From: Paramoeba atlantica
Lineage: Eukaryota > Protista > Discosea
Direction of reading: 5' to 3'
DNA: 64,000 nucleotides
Assembly: GCA_977017575.1 (NCBI GenBank)
Contig: CDRNVI010000032.1
Span: 248,001-312,000 of the forward strand
The number at the start of each line of letters is the position of its first letter. Position 1 is the stretch's first letter. The notes under the pieces are model-generated. The model had not been told where the DNA came from. It was given only the letters and a program-made list of their open reading frames with translations, and searched no databases. Of this stretch, positions 42,574 to 51,098 are shown one piece after another. The translations under genes were made by a program, and so were the position numbers.

Positions 42574-44502
42574 TTACCTCGATCGACGAGTTCCCAAGGA
42601 CATTTTCCCAGTATACAAATGTTTAGGTTTCAGTGTAGGGACGCTACGGTCGGCCTCACCCTTACGTCCTTGATTGGACCACTTACGCGAGTCTCGACGT
42701 GACAATGACACGGCACGCATTTTTTGTGACACGTCTTTGTACCCTTCCCCTCGTCTGACGCTCATAGATCGGTCTGCAGAACGATTCCGAGAAGATAATG
42801 AGCGAGTACGACCTGTGCTGAGATGCGCGCTAGATGCCCTTTCCTTCTCTAGCGCTTGCTCAGCTCGAGTGCTACGCCCTCTCTTTTGAACCTCCTTGCC
42901 ACTCGGGTTCTGCCCACCAATGTTTTCCCGCTGTTTTTCTATTGCTGCTTTCATTTGTTTGGATTTAGGAGCAGATGATGAGCGTGTCTTTTCAACCGCT
43001 CGTTCCATTTTTCGGATAGCAATTTTCGAGCGAATAATTTGTACTGCCAGTTTCGCCTTGGAATCTACTTTGGTCAATTTCTTAGTAGATTCTTCCTCTT
43101 TCTCCTTTTGCAGCTGATTTTCTTCTTCGATCTCAAGTTGGATAAGCTGTTCTTCGATGTCAGGGTCAATAAAATCTTGAATATTCATTCCATCCATAAT
43201 TTCAGGAACGACATCATCTTTCCAGACCTCCTCTTTCAAAATATAATGCTTACTTAACTTCGGAAAATACACCCCAGGTCCACCATTTTCTGCTTCATAA
43301 TCTTTCTCGGTCTTCATGGGTGGAGGTGCTCCGCTTTTTCTCTCTTCCACCACGGATTCGGGAATATATGCGGGACGGTCAATGTTGTCTCTACGCTTTG
43401 GCAGTGCGCAATATAAACGATTTTGAAGGGTACCCTCCTTGGCTCGAAGTTGCTTTTCACCCATTCTTGCACGAAGCAACTGTTCGCATGCCATGACCTT
43501 AAGGTCTCCAACCGCATCGTCTCTCAGCGTGCTTGTTTCAATTGTTTGCACATTAGGGCCGGTATTCTGAAGCATCTGTTCAAGCATCGCCTTCTCCTGC
43601 GGTGCAAGTTGGTCGCGCCGACAAAGATCAGATTTGTTAAATACAATGACAAGTGGTTTCCCAGCAAACAAAGGCTGGATGTTGTGAAAAAGTGAACACT
43701 GAGCCTCTACAGAATAACCACATTGCGCAGAGAGATCCATAAAGTACAACACAGTGGCTTGTAAATGAGCCAGCGCAGTGATAGATTGCATTTCAATCAC
43801 ATTGCGTTCATCCAAGGAGTGATCTAGAATCCCAGGAGTGTCGATTACTTGCCAAGGCATGTAGTTATACTCCGTATGCCCGACGTAGAGCGATTTTGTG
43901 GTAAAAGCATACGGTTGAACCTCTACATCAGCGCGACTAACCTTATTCAGAAAACTAGACTTTCCCACATTAGGAAACCCACAGATCAAAAGTGTGCGAG
44001 TGTTTGGATCAATTGCAGGGAGACGGGATAAATGCTGGCGCACTTGCTCCAAGTAGGACAGTGTAGGCCCCAACTTTTTCAACACTGTAGCCATACGTCC
44101 CAGTGCAGCTCTCTTTACCTGTTTACAACGGTACATGGAGTCCCCATACTTCAGCAAACGGACGTAATCCCGACAGATAACCCCTACAATGTGTCGTACA
44201 GATGAGATTTGCCCCAGCGCGACTTTGTAGTGATCCTTATCGTAAAGCACATTCATCAAGTCGGAATAAAAAGGGTGTACGTCATCCATTTTAGGAAACT
44301 CTTCCAAGATTTTTGTGAGCCGCTCATGTATCGTTTGTTGCGTAAATTTGACTTTTCGGAGATAAAATTTACGAATCCGGGCAATTTCATAGTTCCTATG
44401 TATCACAGTAGGAGTTTTGCGCTGAGTTTTGCTAAGCACGATATCTACTAAATCCTGGGAAGAACTTGGTATAGGCGTAATACCTTTGAAGTTGTAGGCC
44501 AT
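42574..44502 (-). CDS. NOG1: Nucleolar GTP-binding protein 1
   Basis: LSKTQRKTPTVIH, GFPNVGKSS, VQPYAFTTKSLYVGH, DTPGILDH, KPKHLYTGK..LG...R. Confidence 0.97.
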   Translation of the reverse strand: MAYNFKGITPIPSSSQDLVDIVLSKTQRKTPTVIHRNYEIARIRKFYLRKVKFTQQTIHERLTKILEEFPKMDDVHPFYSDLMNVLYDKDHYKVALGQISSVRHIVGVICRDYVRLLKYGDSMYRCKQVKRAALGRMATVLKKLGPTLSYLEQVRQHLSRLPAIDPNTRTLLICGFPNVGKSSFLNKVSRADVEVQPYAFTTKSLYVGHTEYNYMPWQVIDTPGILDHSLDERNVIEMQSITALAHLQATVLYFMDLSAQCGYSVEAQCSLFHNIQPLFAGKPLVIVFNKSDLCRRDQLAPQEKAMLEQMLQNTGPNVQTIETSTLRDDAVGDLKVMACEQLLRARMGEKQLRAKEGTLQNRLYCALPKRRDNIDRPAYIPESVVEERKSGAPPPMKTEKDYEAENGGPGVYFPKLSKHYILKEEVWKDDVVPEIMDGMNIQDFIDPDIEEQLIQLEIEEENQLQKEKEEESTKKLTKVDSKAKLAVQIIRSKIAIRKMERAVEKTRSSSAPKSKQMKAAIEKQRENIGGQNPSGKEVQKRGRSTRAEQALEKERASSAHLSTGRTRSLSSRNRSADRSMSVRRGEGYKDVSQKMRAVSLSRRDSRKWSNQGRKGEADRSVPTLKPKHLYTGKMSLGTRRSR

Positions 44503-44794
44503 GAATTGAGATAAAGAGAAAAAAATTCAGAAAAGTAGTTATTCAGAGTGACGTGATGTTTTCTATAAGAAATTCATTGATACGATATTCGTCACTGATA
44601 TGCTAGATACAGTAAAATTTTATTCGTGGTCAGTCGGCAAGGATTTCACCATTATAAATTGCAATGCCACAGAAAGACCCCGAAAATCAAAATATCAGGA
44701 TGATATGAATTATCGTTTGTGAAAGAATATAAACAAAATTACGTTGCACATTTTAATCATGTACAAATCATGTGTGCAATTGAAAACACAGAAG

Positions 44795-46069
44795 CTATAA
44801 AGGTGCTTCACTCTTGCTTGAGCCACTCGAAGGGCTTACGACGATGCTTGGAGAAGTGGAGCTTTCCGAATTGGAAGGTGTGCCACTATTGTTCTCCGAA
44901 GCGATTCGAGTGTCTTCCGTCTCCTCCTCAGATAAACAAGTATTGCTGCTTCGCCCAGCATAGCTATTCATTACCTCCACAGAGCATCCCATGCCTTTGG
45001 GAGGCTTTGTTAAAGGAAAGCGTCGATGAAACTTTATGGATTCCTCTACGATTGCACGCTTTACGTCTCGTATTGTTGCATAGTCAGACTCTCGAAAAGC
45101 GAAGGGTACCACTTGAACTTGTGTGTCTGACTCGTCGTAAAGCTCCGTAAAATATGGATGTTTAAGGGCTTGATCAACTGTAATACGATTCTTTGGGTGA
45201 AATTTAAGAAGTTTCTCTAACAGATCCACGGCAAGCGGATTCGCCTGAGGATAGCGTTCCGTGAAATCCACCGGATTGCGACTTGATTTTCGCATCACGT
45301 AGCGTTGTGCCGCGGTACTTCCCAGACTCAAAACCTCCTCCTCGGGAGGGGTTCCAGTGATGTCCAATATCTTATCCAGTTGGTTGACTCGATCCTTTCC
45401 CGGGAAGAGCGGTTTGGAGCCCAACAGCTCGCCTAAGATACAGCCTACTCCCCAGACGTCGACTTGAGCGTCATAGTGCCGGTGTTCCATTACCAGATCA
45501 GGGGCTCTGTACCATCGCATGGTGACGTAGTCCGTGCGTTCCGCCCCTTCCGTCTCCTCCTTGGCAAGCCCAAAGTCACAAATCTTCAAGTCGCAGTTCG
45601 TGTTGACAAGAATGTTAGATGGAGTGACGTCTCGGTGAATCACGCCAGCGCTGTGAATGACCTTTAGCGCCCGCAGGGCTTGGTAGAGAAAAAACTGAAT
45701 GTGGGCATCTGTGAGTTTTTGATTCGACCGCAGTACCTGCTTTAGATCGGTTTCCATCATATCCATCACAAGATAAAACTCCGTGAACTCTTCTGTCGGT
45801 GGGGAGAGAATGTTGCGGATCCCGACAATATTTTCGTCGTGAAAATGGGATAAGAGTTTAATCTCCCGGAGGATGCGTAGAGCAAGAATGGTCTCGGCAA
45901 AAATTTCACTGTTTATTCGTTTGATCGCTACTTGGCAGTTATCTGTGGTGTCACGGGCCCGAATCACCATTCCATAGCTTCCATGTCCTATAATCTTTTC
46001 CAGACGGTAGCGAGGGTCTAGAGCATCAACCTCCTCCTGTAATTCACCCAAGTTTCGTGGGACCGGCAT
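44795..46069 (-). CDS. Mitogen-activated protein kinase (TDY activation motif)
   Basis: IGHGSYGMV, VAIK, HRDVTPSN, DFGLA, TDYVTMRWYRAPDLV; probable start MPVPR at 46069. Confidence 0.93.
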   Translation of the reverse strand: MPVPRNLGELQEEVDALDPRYRLEKIIGHGSYGMVIRARDTTDNCQVAIKRINSEIFAETILALRILREIKLLSHFHDENIVGIRNILSPPTEEFTEFYLVMDMMETDLKQVLRSNQKLTDAHIQFFLYQALRALKVIHSAGVIHRDVTPSNILVNTNCDLKICDFGLAKEETEGAERTDYVTMRWYRAPDLVMEHRHYDAQVDVWGVGCILGELLGSKPLFPGKDRVNQLDKILDITGTPPEEEVLSLGSTAAQRYVMRKSSRNPVDFTERYPQANPLAVDLLEKLLKFHPKNRITVDQALKHPYFTELYDESDTQVQVVPFAFRESDYATIRDVKRAIVEESIKFHRRFPLTKPPKGMGCSVEVMNSYAGRSSNTCLSEEETEDTRIASENNSGTPSNSESSTSPSIVVSPSSGSSKSEAPL

Positions 46070-46282
46070 GTAGTATGGAAATAAAAAAGAAAAAAAAATA
46101 CGGATTGTAAGTTTCCCAAAGCATACCCCACGAAAACACACACACCCCTATCCACTCATGGAATACCCCTATCATCCAAAAAGTTCAAAAGCCAACCTTT
46201 ATCTTCCCCATCTCGAACACACATCTGCCCACCCCCCCTTCTTTCAAAAGCACAAAGCCTTCTCCCAACCCCCCTCTTTCCC

Positions 46283-47044
46283 TCACAACCCCCTCACCAC
46301 CTCCTCCACCTCCCCCTCCCCCAGCACCCTCACCCTCCCCGTCCCCTTCTCCACCACCACCACCTCCACATTCCCCCCCCGCACCCCCTCCTCCATCACC
46401 CCCTGCAGCACCCCCACCGCCAGCGCCACCCCCTCCCCCAGCCCCATCCCCGGGCGGTACCTCTCCGCCAGCACCCCCCGCGCCCCCTCCGCCCCCGCCC
46501 CCACCGCCGCCGCCTCCTCCCGCCAGTACGTCCCGCTGGGGTCCGTGGACCACAGCGAGACCCCCGCCGCGGGGTCCACCCCCCCGACCAGCAGCGCGAC
46601 CCCGTAGGGGCGGGACATCGCGGGGGGGGGGCGGGTCGAGCCCTTGTTGTTGTCCTTCCGGGGTTGGCTCTCCCCGAAGCGGAGCGCGAGGTCGCAGGTG
46701 GCGCGGGTGAGGGACTCGGCGGGGAGGGGCTCGTTGTAGGTGAGGGTGTGGGCGGTGGCGAGGGCGCGGGCGTGGTGGACGAGGGTGTGGGCGTCGGCGG
46801 TCATGCCGGAGACGACGGCGGCGAGGTGGTGGTCGAGGGCCACGATCTTGTGCACGGAGGGGGGGAGGAGGAGGGGGGAGGGGAGGCGACGCTCGGCGGC
46901 GAGGACCACGCCGTCGGGGGTGGTGAGGCCGAGACCGGTGGCGCCGAGGGTGATGGCTTTGCGGGCGTACTCGATTTGGAAGAGCCGGCCCTCGGGGGAG
47001 AAGGTGTTGACCCCGTGGTCGTACTCGGAACGGGCACCGAACAT
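46283..47044 (-). CDS. PSMA5: 20S proteasome subunit alpha-5
   Basis: MF..RSEYD.GVNTFSPEGRLFQIEYA, CDLALRFGE, MSRPYGVALL, TDPSGTY; ATG 47044. Confidence 0.93.
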   Translation of the reverse strand: MFGARSEYDHGVNTFSPEGRLFQIEYARKAITLGATGLGLTTPDGVVLAAERRLPSPLLLPPSVHKIVALDHHLAAVVSGMTADAHTLVHHARALATAHTLTYNEPLPAESLTRATCDLALRFGESQPRKDNNKGSTRPPPAMSRPYGVALLVGGVDPAAGVSLWSTDPSGTYWREEAAAVGAGAEGARGVLAERYRPGMGLGEGVALAVGVLQGVMEEGVRGGNVEVVVVEKGTGRVRVLGEGEVEEVVRGL

Positions 47045-47351
47045 GGAGGGGAGGGAGGGGAGGGAAAAGGAAGAAAGGAGAAGAGGGAAAAGAAAGGGAA
47101 AGAAGGGAGAAATAATGCGCTGGGGAAGGGTTGAGGGAATGTTACTTGATGGTGTACTGTAAGACAAGGTATACCCGTTTTATCCTTTGTCGACAAAGTT
47201 AGAAACGAAGAATAGGAGGAAAAACTCAGAACAGACTCTGTTACTCGGCATCACCTACCTGATATAAAGGCTAATAAAACGAAGCACATGTGTGTTTCAA
47301 GGCGAACCATACTTACACGTAGCTCCCCACGTACCTGTGACGCGATATTCT

Positions 47352-47996
47352 TTAATCTATTAAGCGTTTGGAGCGGAGAAACCCCTTCATGTGGCGTATT
47401 TGCCACCAGGCAAACGCTATGACAAAAGCAACGGACAGGAAGGTGACCCAGGCAGACCGACTGTTTAAGTGCTCGCTGGTGTTCCGCATCTCTGCCTCAC
47501 GACGCTTGAAGTAAGCGTACTCCGTGTTAATCGCACGTATGGTGTCCTCCATGATACGCAGTTCCACCTCCAGAGGTTTTAAATGTTCTCTAGTGGCCAG
47601 GTCGTCGTAGTCGGTGGCATCGGGACCAAGTCGAAGGTCTAGACTCACGGTGCGGTACAAATCTTCGTTGTATTTTACTCCTTGAACCAGACGGTTATAA
47701 ATGCAGAAGTGGTAGTCACCAGCCAAGGCGGTGGTAAAGCGGAAATCGCTGTTGTCTTTTCCGCTATCAGAGTGGACATAGGCCCCTCGAGGATCGGTGA
47801 TTCGAAAATCAACAAACTGGCTGTATCCCGGAAGGGCTTTAAAATTTCCTGCAACGGCGTAGTCCTGGGGCAATTCCTCGGTAAAGCACTTGTAACTCCT
47901 GGCTGCGAGGTCGAACATAAAGCAAGACACACGTGTGGGTGAGGGCAGCCCTAGACCAACGGATAAGCAAAGGAAAAGCAACGAAATCACTGTCAT
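47352..47996 (-). CDS. p24/emp24 (TMED10-like) cargo receptor
   Basis: Signal peptide, GOLD domain, LKPLEVELR...YFKRREAEMRNTSE, TM, C-terminal KRLID. Confidence 0.92.
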   Translation of the reverse strand: MTVISLLFLCLSVGLGLPSPTRVSCFMFDLAARSYKCFTEELPQDYAVAGNFKALPGYSQFVDFRITDPRGAYVHSDSGKDNSDFRFTTALAGDYHFCIYNRLVQGVKYNEDLYRTVSLDLRLGPDATDYDDLATREHLKPLEVELRIMEDTIRAINTEYAYFKRREAEMRNTSEHLNSRSAWVTFLSVAFVIAFAWWQIRHMKGFLRSKRLID

Positions 47997-48389
47997 ACGG
48001 GATGTAAAGTGCTTGTGAGAAGGTAATATGGAGAGCTCCTATGGCTAACGAAAGCTGTATTCTATTTTAAATTTATGTACTATTCTAAATTTATGTACTA
48101 TCCTGGTAGGATTTTTAGACAGTCTATTTAGTCCAAGAGCTCTTTCGAAATGTTTTTTGAAAGTAAGGCATATTTATAAAGATTGCAAAACAAATTTTAC
48201 GCTTCATACATGTACGCTTCTCTTATGTGTGCGTAAAAGTACTCGACTAAATAATATATGAAGACACTATTATTGATACGCTGAAGTTCGCCACAAGACG
48301 ACTACGATGCAGCCAGTACTCGCCCATAAATCTCAAAATGCTGCTGATGATCAATGCACACAGAAACCACCGAAAATCGTCCAAGGACC

Positions 48390-49310
48390 TCAACTTATGA
48401 TACGAGTTTCGGGCTGCCCGTCAAACTTTTCCACTTGCAAATTTTCCGCTGCTTCTACCTGGTCGATAGTTTCTTTAATGTCGCTTCTAATTTGTTGCGC
48501 GTGCTCGCAGAGTTGTTGAGAATCATCCTGTGTCGTGGTCACAGCCATCGTATTACTGGTCTTCTTGTATAACTCATCTTGAAGTCTGCGGTTTTCTGCC
48601 TCTACAGCTTCCAGTTTCCGTTGCTTCGACTGAAGTTCACCCCTTGTTTTTGCTGCATTGCTCTGCAAGTCAACGCGATCTCGCCGAAGGCGAGAGACTT
48701 CCTCCTCAGAGCGTGTAAGGGACTCACGTAGCTGTGGAATATGTTTCTGTTGAACGTCTTCGGATCCATCAATATTTTCTCTGGATACAGCTTTTACGTT
48801 CTCTAGAACAGTGTTTTCAGAGGACTCCTCCTTCCACCTTACTTCGAAAGGTGGATATGATCGCATCAATTGGTAAGCACCAATTATAGCAAGAGAACTT
48901 GTAATGGAACGTACAGCCCAAGTAGCCCAAGTGCTATCACGTGTTCCAGAAGCTGTAGTCGATATTGAAGGTGAACGCGGTCCCGAACTGTATGCAATCT
49001 GCTGTGTAGATTTATTGCCGTAAGAATTTGGGGCTGCGGATGTATTCACAACATCGGATGAATTTATTTGAGTGCGAAAAAAGATGGGACGTAATTCTTC
49101 CATTGTCTTCGTCAGGCCAGCTTTTTCGAAGGCAAGATGAACTTCATCCAGAGAAAGTCCTTTGCTCTTTAAAAAACGTACTTGTCCCATTAAAGGACTA
49201 TTCTGTACCCTTTTGTCCTTTAAAAATTTTACTGCGCTAATAATCTTTCGTTCGTCCCCATTTGGAGCAAGAGGAGATGAAACACTCTCTGTGTCTTTGT
49301 CGCTAGGCAT
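48390..49310 (-). CDS. PEX14: Peroxin 14 (peroxisome/glycosome docking)
   Basis: ISAVKFLKDKRVQNSP...QVRFLKSKGL..DEV..AF, a TM-like segment, then coiled coil. Confidence 0.88.
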   Translation of the reverse strand: MPSDKDTESVSSPLAPNGDERKIISAVKFLKDKRVQNSPLMGQVRFLKSKGLSLDEVHLAFEKAGLTKTMEELRPIFFRTQINSSDVVNTSAAPNSYGNKSTQQIAYSSGPRSPSISTTASGTRDSTWATWAVRSITSSLAIIGAYQLMRSYPPFEVRWKEESSENTVLENVKAVSRENIDGSEDVQQKHIPQLRESLTRSEEEVSRLRRDRVDLQSNAAKTRGELQSKQRKLEAVEAENRRLQDELYKKTSNTMAVTTTQDDSQQLCEHAQQIRSDIKETIDQVEAAENLQVEKFDGQPETRIIS

Positions 49311-49496
49311 GAAGTATTTAATTTGATGTATTTCTAGAACTAAATAAGGACCAGAAATTACCGGGTAAGTACCGTATAATATGACTTACACGCGTGTAGT
49401 ATGACAGTAGTTTTTATTGTGAAGTCTATTACATAACCGTATTACACCGTAATATGTATGACATACAATTTAAAATTTTAACAAGTACTGTCCCCA

Positions 49497-49535
49497 CCCG
49501 TTTAAGCGCACCTCGTTTTAGTGCGCTTAAACGGG
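49497..49535. repeat. Perfect 15-bp inverted repeat with 9-nt loop
   Basis: CCCGTTTAAGCGCAC (49497-49511) / GTGCGCTTAAACGGG (49521-49535). Confidence 0.9.
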
Positions 49536-49596
49536 GGGGCTGGCCGGGTCCGCTTAGGGGGAGGGGGGCAGTATATTATGTACATATTATGTAGTA

Positions 49597-49849
49597 CTAT
49601 CCCCCCGATCCTAGCGTTGCCTGGTTTTGGTGAAAAGCAACGCTAGGAGGGGGGGTCAAAAACAGGGGCCCAAGAATTGCTCAGCCGGCAATGTTGTGGA
49701 ATTACTGAGGAAGATTACAAAACAAACGCTTTTTAGGGTATATTTTTACCATAATCCACCCCCCCCCCCCAAAAAAAAAATGCCGCTCAGTCTAAAAAGC
49801 AACGCTAGTCAGGGGGGTACCGAGGCAATGCTAGGATCGGGGGGGATAG
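49597..49849. mobile_element. MITE, 253 bp, TA TSD
   Basis: TIRs CTATCCCCCCGATCCTAGCGTTGCCT / AGGCAATGCTAGGATCGGGGGGGATAG; TA at 49595-6 and 49850-1; GCAA(C/T)GCTAG motif four times. Confidence 0.85.
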
Positions 49850-49903
49850 TATTACACGCTCTTTCGAAAAAGTACTATTAACATTTATGTGTGACACTCT
49901 ATC

Positions 49904-50533
49904 TCACGCACGGAGCTCAATCAGTGTTTGATCCCAAATAAGCGTCAAATTTCTATTTTGAGAAGCAACGTAAACTCCAGACATATATTGATTTTTGCTA
50001 ACACAGAGAACTGTCAATGTTTGAGGAAGAGACGGAAAATGAATTGTGCCATCGAACTCATTGTCATGCAGATACAATTCAACTAGATGATGAGGTAAGT
50101 CTTTTCCGTTAAAACTTCCGATCAATTTATTTCGTCCAACGTATAAATATTCAAGACTCTTCGGAAGAACCTCAAATGGTAGTTCCCCACAAAGCGAGTT
50201 GCAGATAACGTCATGCATGTAGAAATTCCCGAAAGTGGGAAAGTCAGAATCTTCACCCGCATCGAAAAAGAGAAGTGTGCTTGGTAGATGTTCCCACCGT
50301 AATGTACCCCGTATACCGCGGCCACTCCAATTCAGACGAACCACTTTATCATCTATACAATACGCACCATCCCACTCACACGCTACTGTCGATGCGCTCC
50401 ATGACACATGCGTGTTTGTCGTGTTCTGTATTAACTGGTACAGAGAGTACTCCTGAGGCAGCAAAGCACCGCGCACCTTGCTTGCTCGTGTGACTGACAA
50501 CTGGTTATCGTGTAACAGTATACAACTTAGCAT
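49904..50533 (-). CDS. Leucine-rich repeat protein (dispersed family, copy 3)
   Basis: WSASTVACEWDGAYC cap, LRWEHLPSTL, LYVGRNKLIGS, LYLHDNEFDG. Confidence 0.88.
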   Translation of the reverse strand: MLSCILLHDNQLSVTRASKVRGALLPQEYSLYQLIQNTTNTHVSWSASTVACEWDGAYCIDDKVVRLNWSGRGIRGTLRWEHLPSTLLFFDAGEDSDFPTFGNFYMHDVICNSLCGELPFEVLPKSLEYLYVGRNKLIGSFNGKDLPHHLVELYLHDNEFDGTIHFPSLPQTLTVLCVSKNQYMSGVYVASQNRNLTLIWDQTLIELRA

Positions 50534-51098
50534 AAATGTGAAAGCAATACTAAGATAAAAACGGGGAACAATATTATAAAGTAAACTAATCTAATCAAAA
50601 GTGTGCAAATTTGGTTCAAGTCCACCGGTTTATGCGACTGAACGGTATTAGCAAATCTGTGTCTGAGGTTGAAAAATGTACCTGAAAGCAACGATAAAAA
50701 TAAATTTATAGAGGCTGAGTAAAAAAATTGTCCCCTGCAAAACATGAAGAATACTCCGTATTCTTTCATCAATGCTCAATTTTTGGTCTCAGGTACGGTT
50801 AAACAAGAGTATCCGCCTACGTAAATTTTATTTCACGGGAAAAGAAAAAGTCTACAACTATACATAAATAAACGGCAAGTAAAACTAAGAAAAGAGATTA
50901 CAACAACCGCAAGAAAGAAATCGCATAAAGGTTTTTTCTTCTTTAAGAAGGATATAAGAATCTTAGATCGTTGTTGTATGGAGAAGCAAAACGAGACACA
51001 AACGAGAAGCAAAATGTTTGTGCATAGGAGAAACAAGAGAAGTTATACTATATGAGTATCGGCAGTTATGCTAAATAGACAGTTTCTAATAGGCACCC

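Noticed and set aside
15900-47140. Skew islands as contamination or horizontally acquired genes
   Set aside because: Reading frames of conserved genes run unbroken across island edges and the same polarity repeats six times. Read-level confirmation is still needed.
27716-48105. Short local duplications (27716 13 bp, 39586 20 bp, 48067 19 bp)
   Set aside because: Two-copy slippage products in AT-rich spacers with no further structure.
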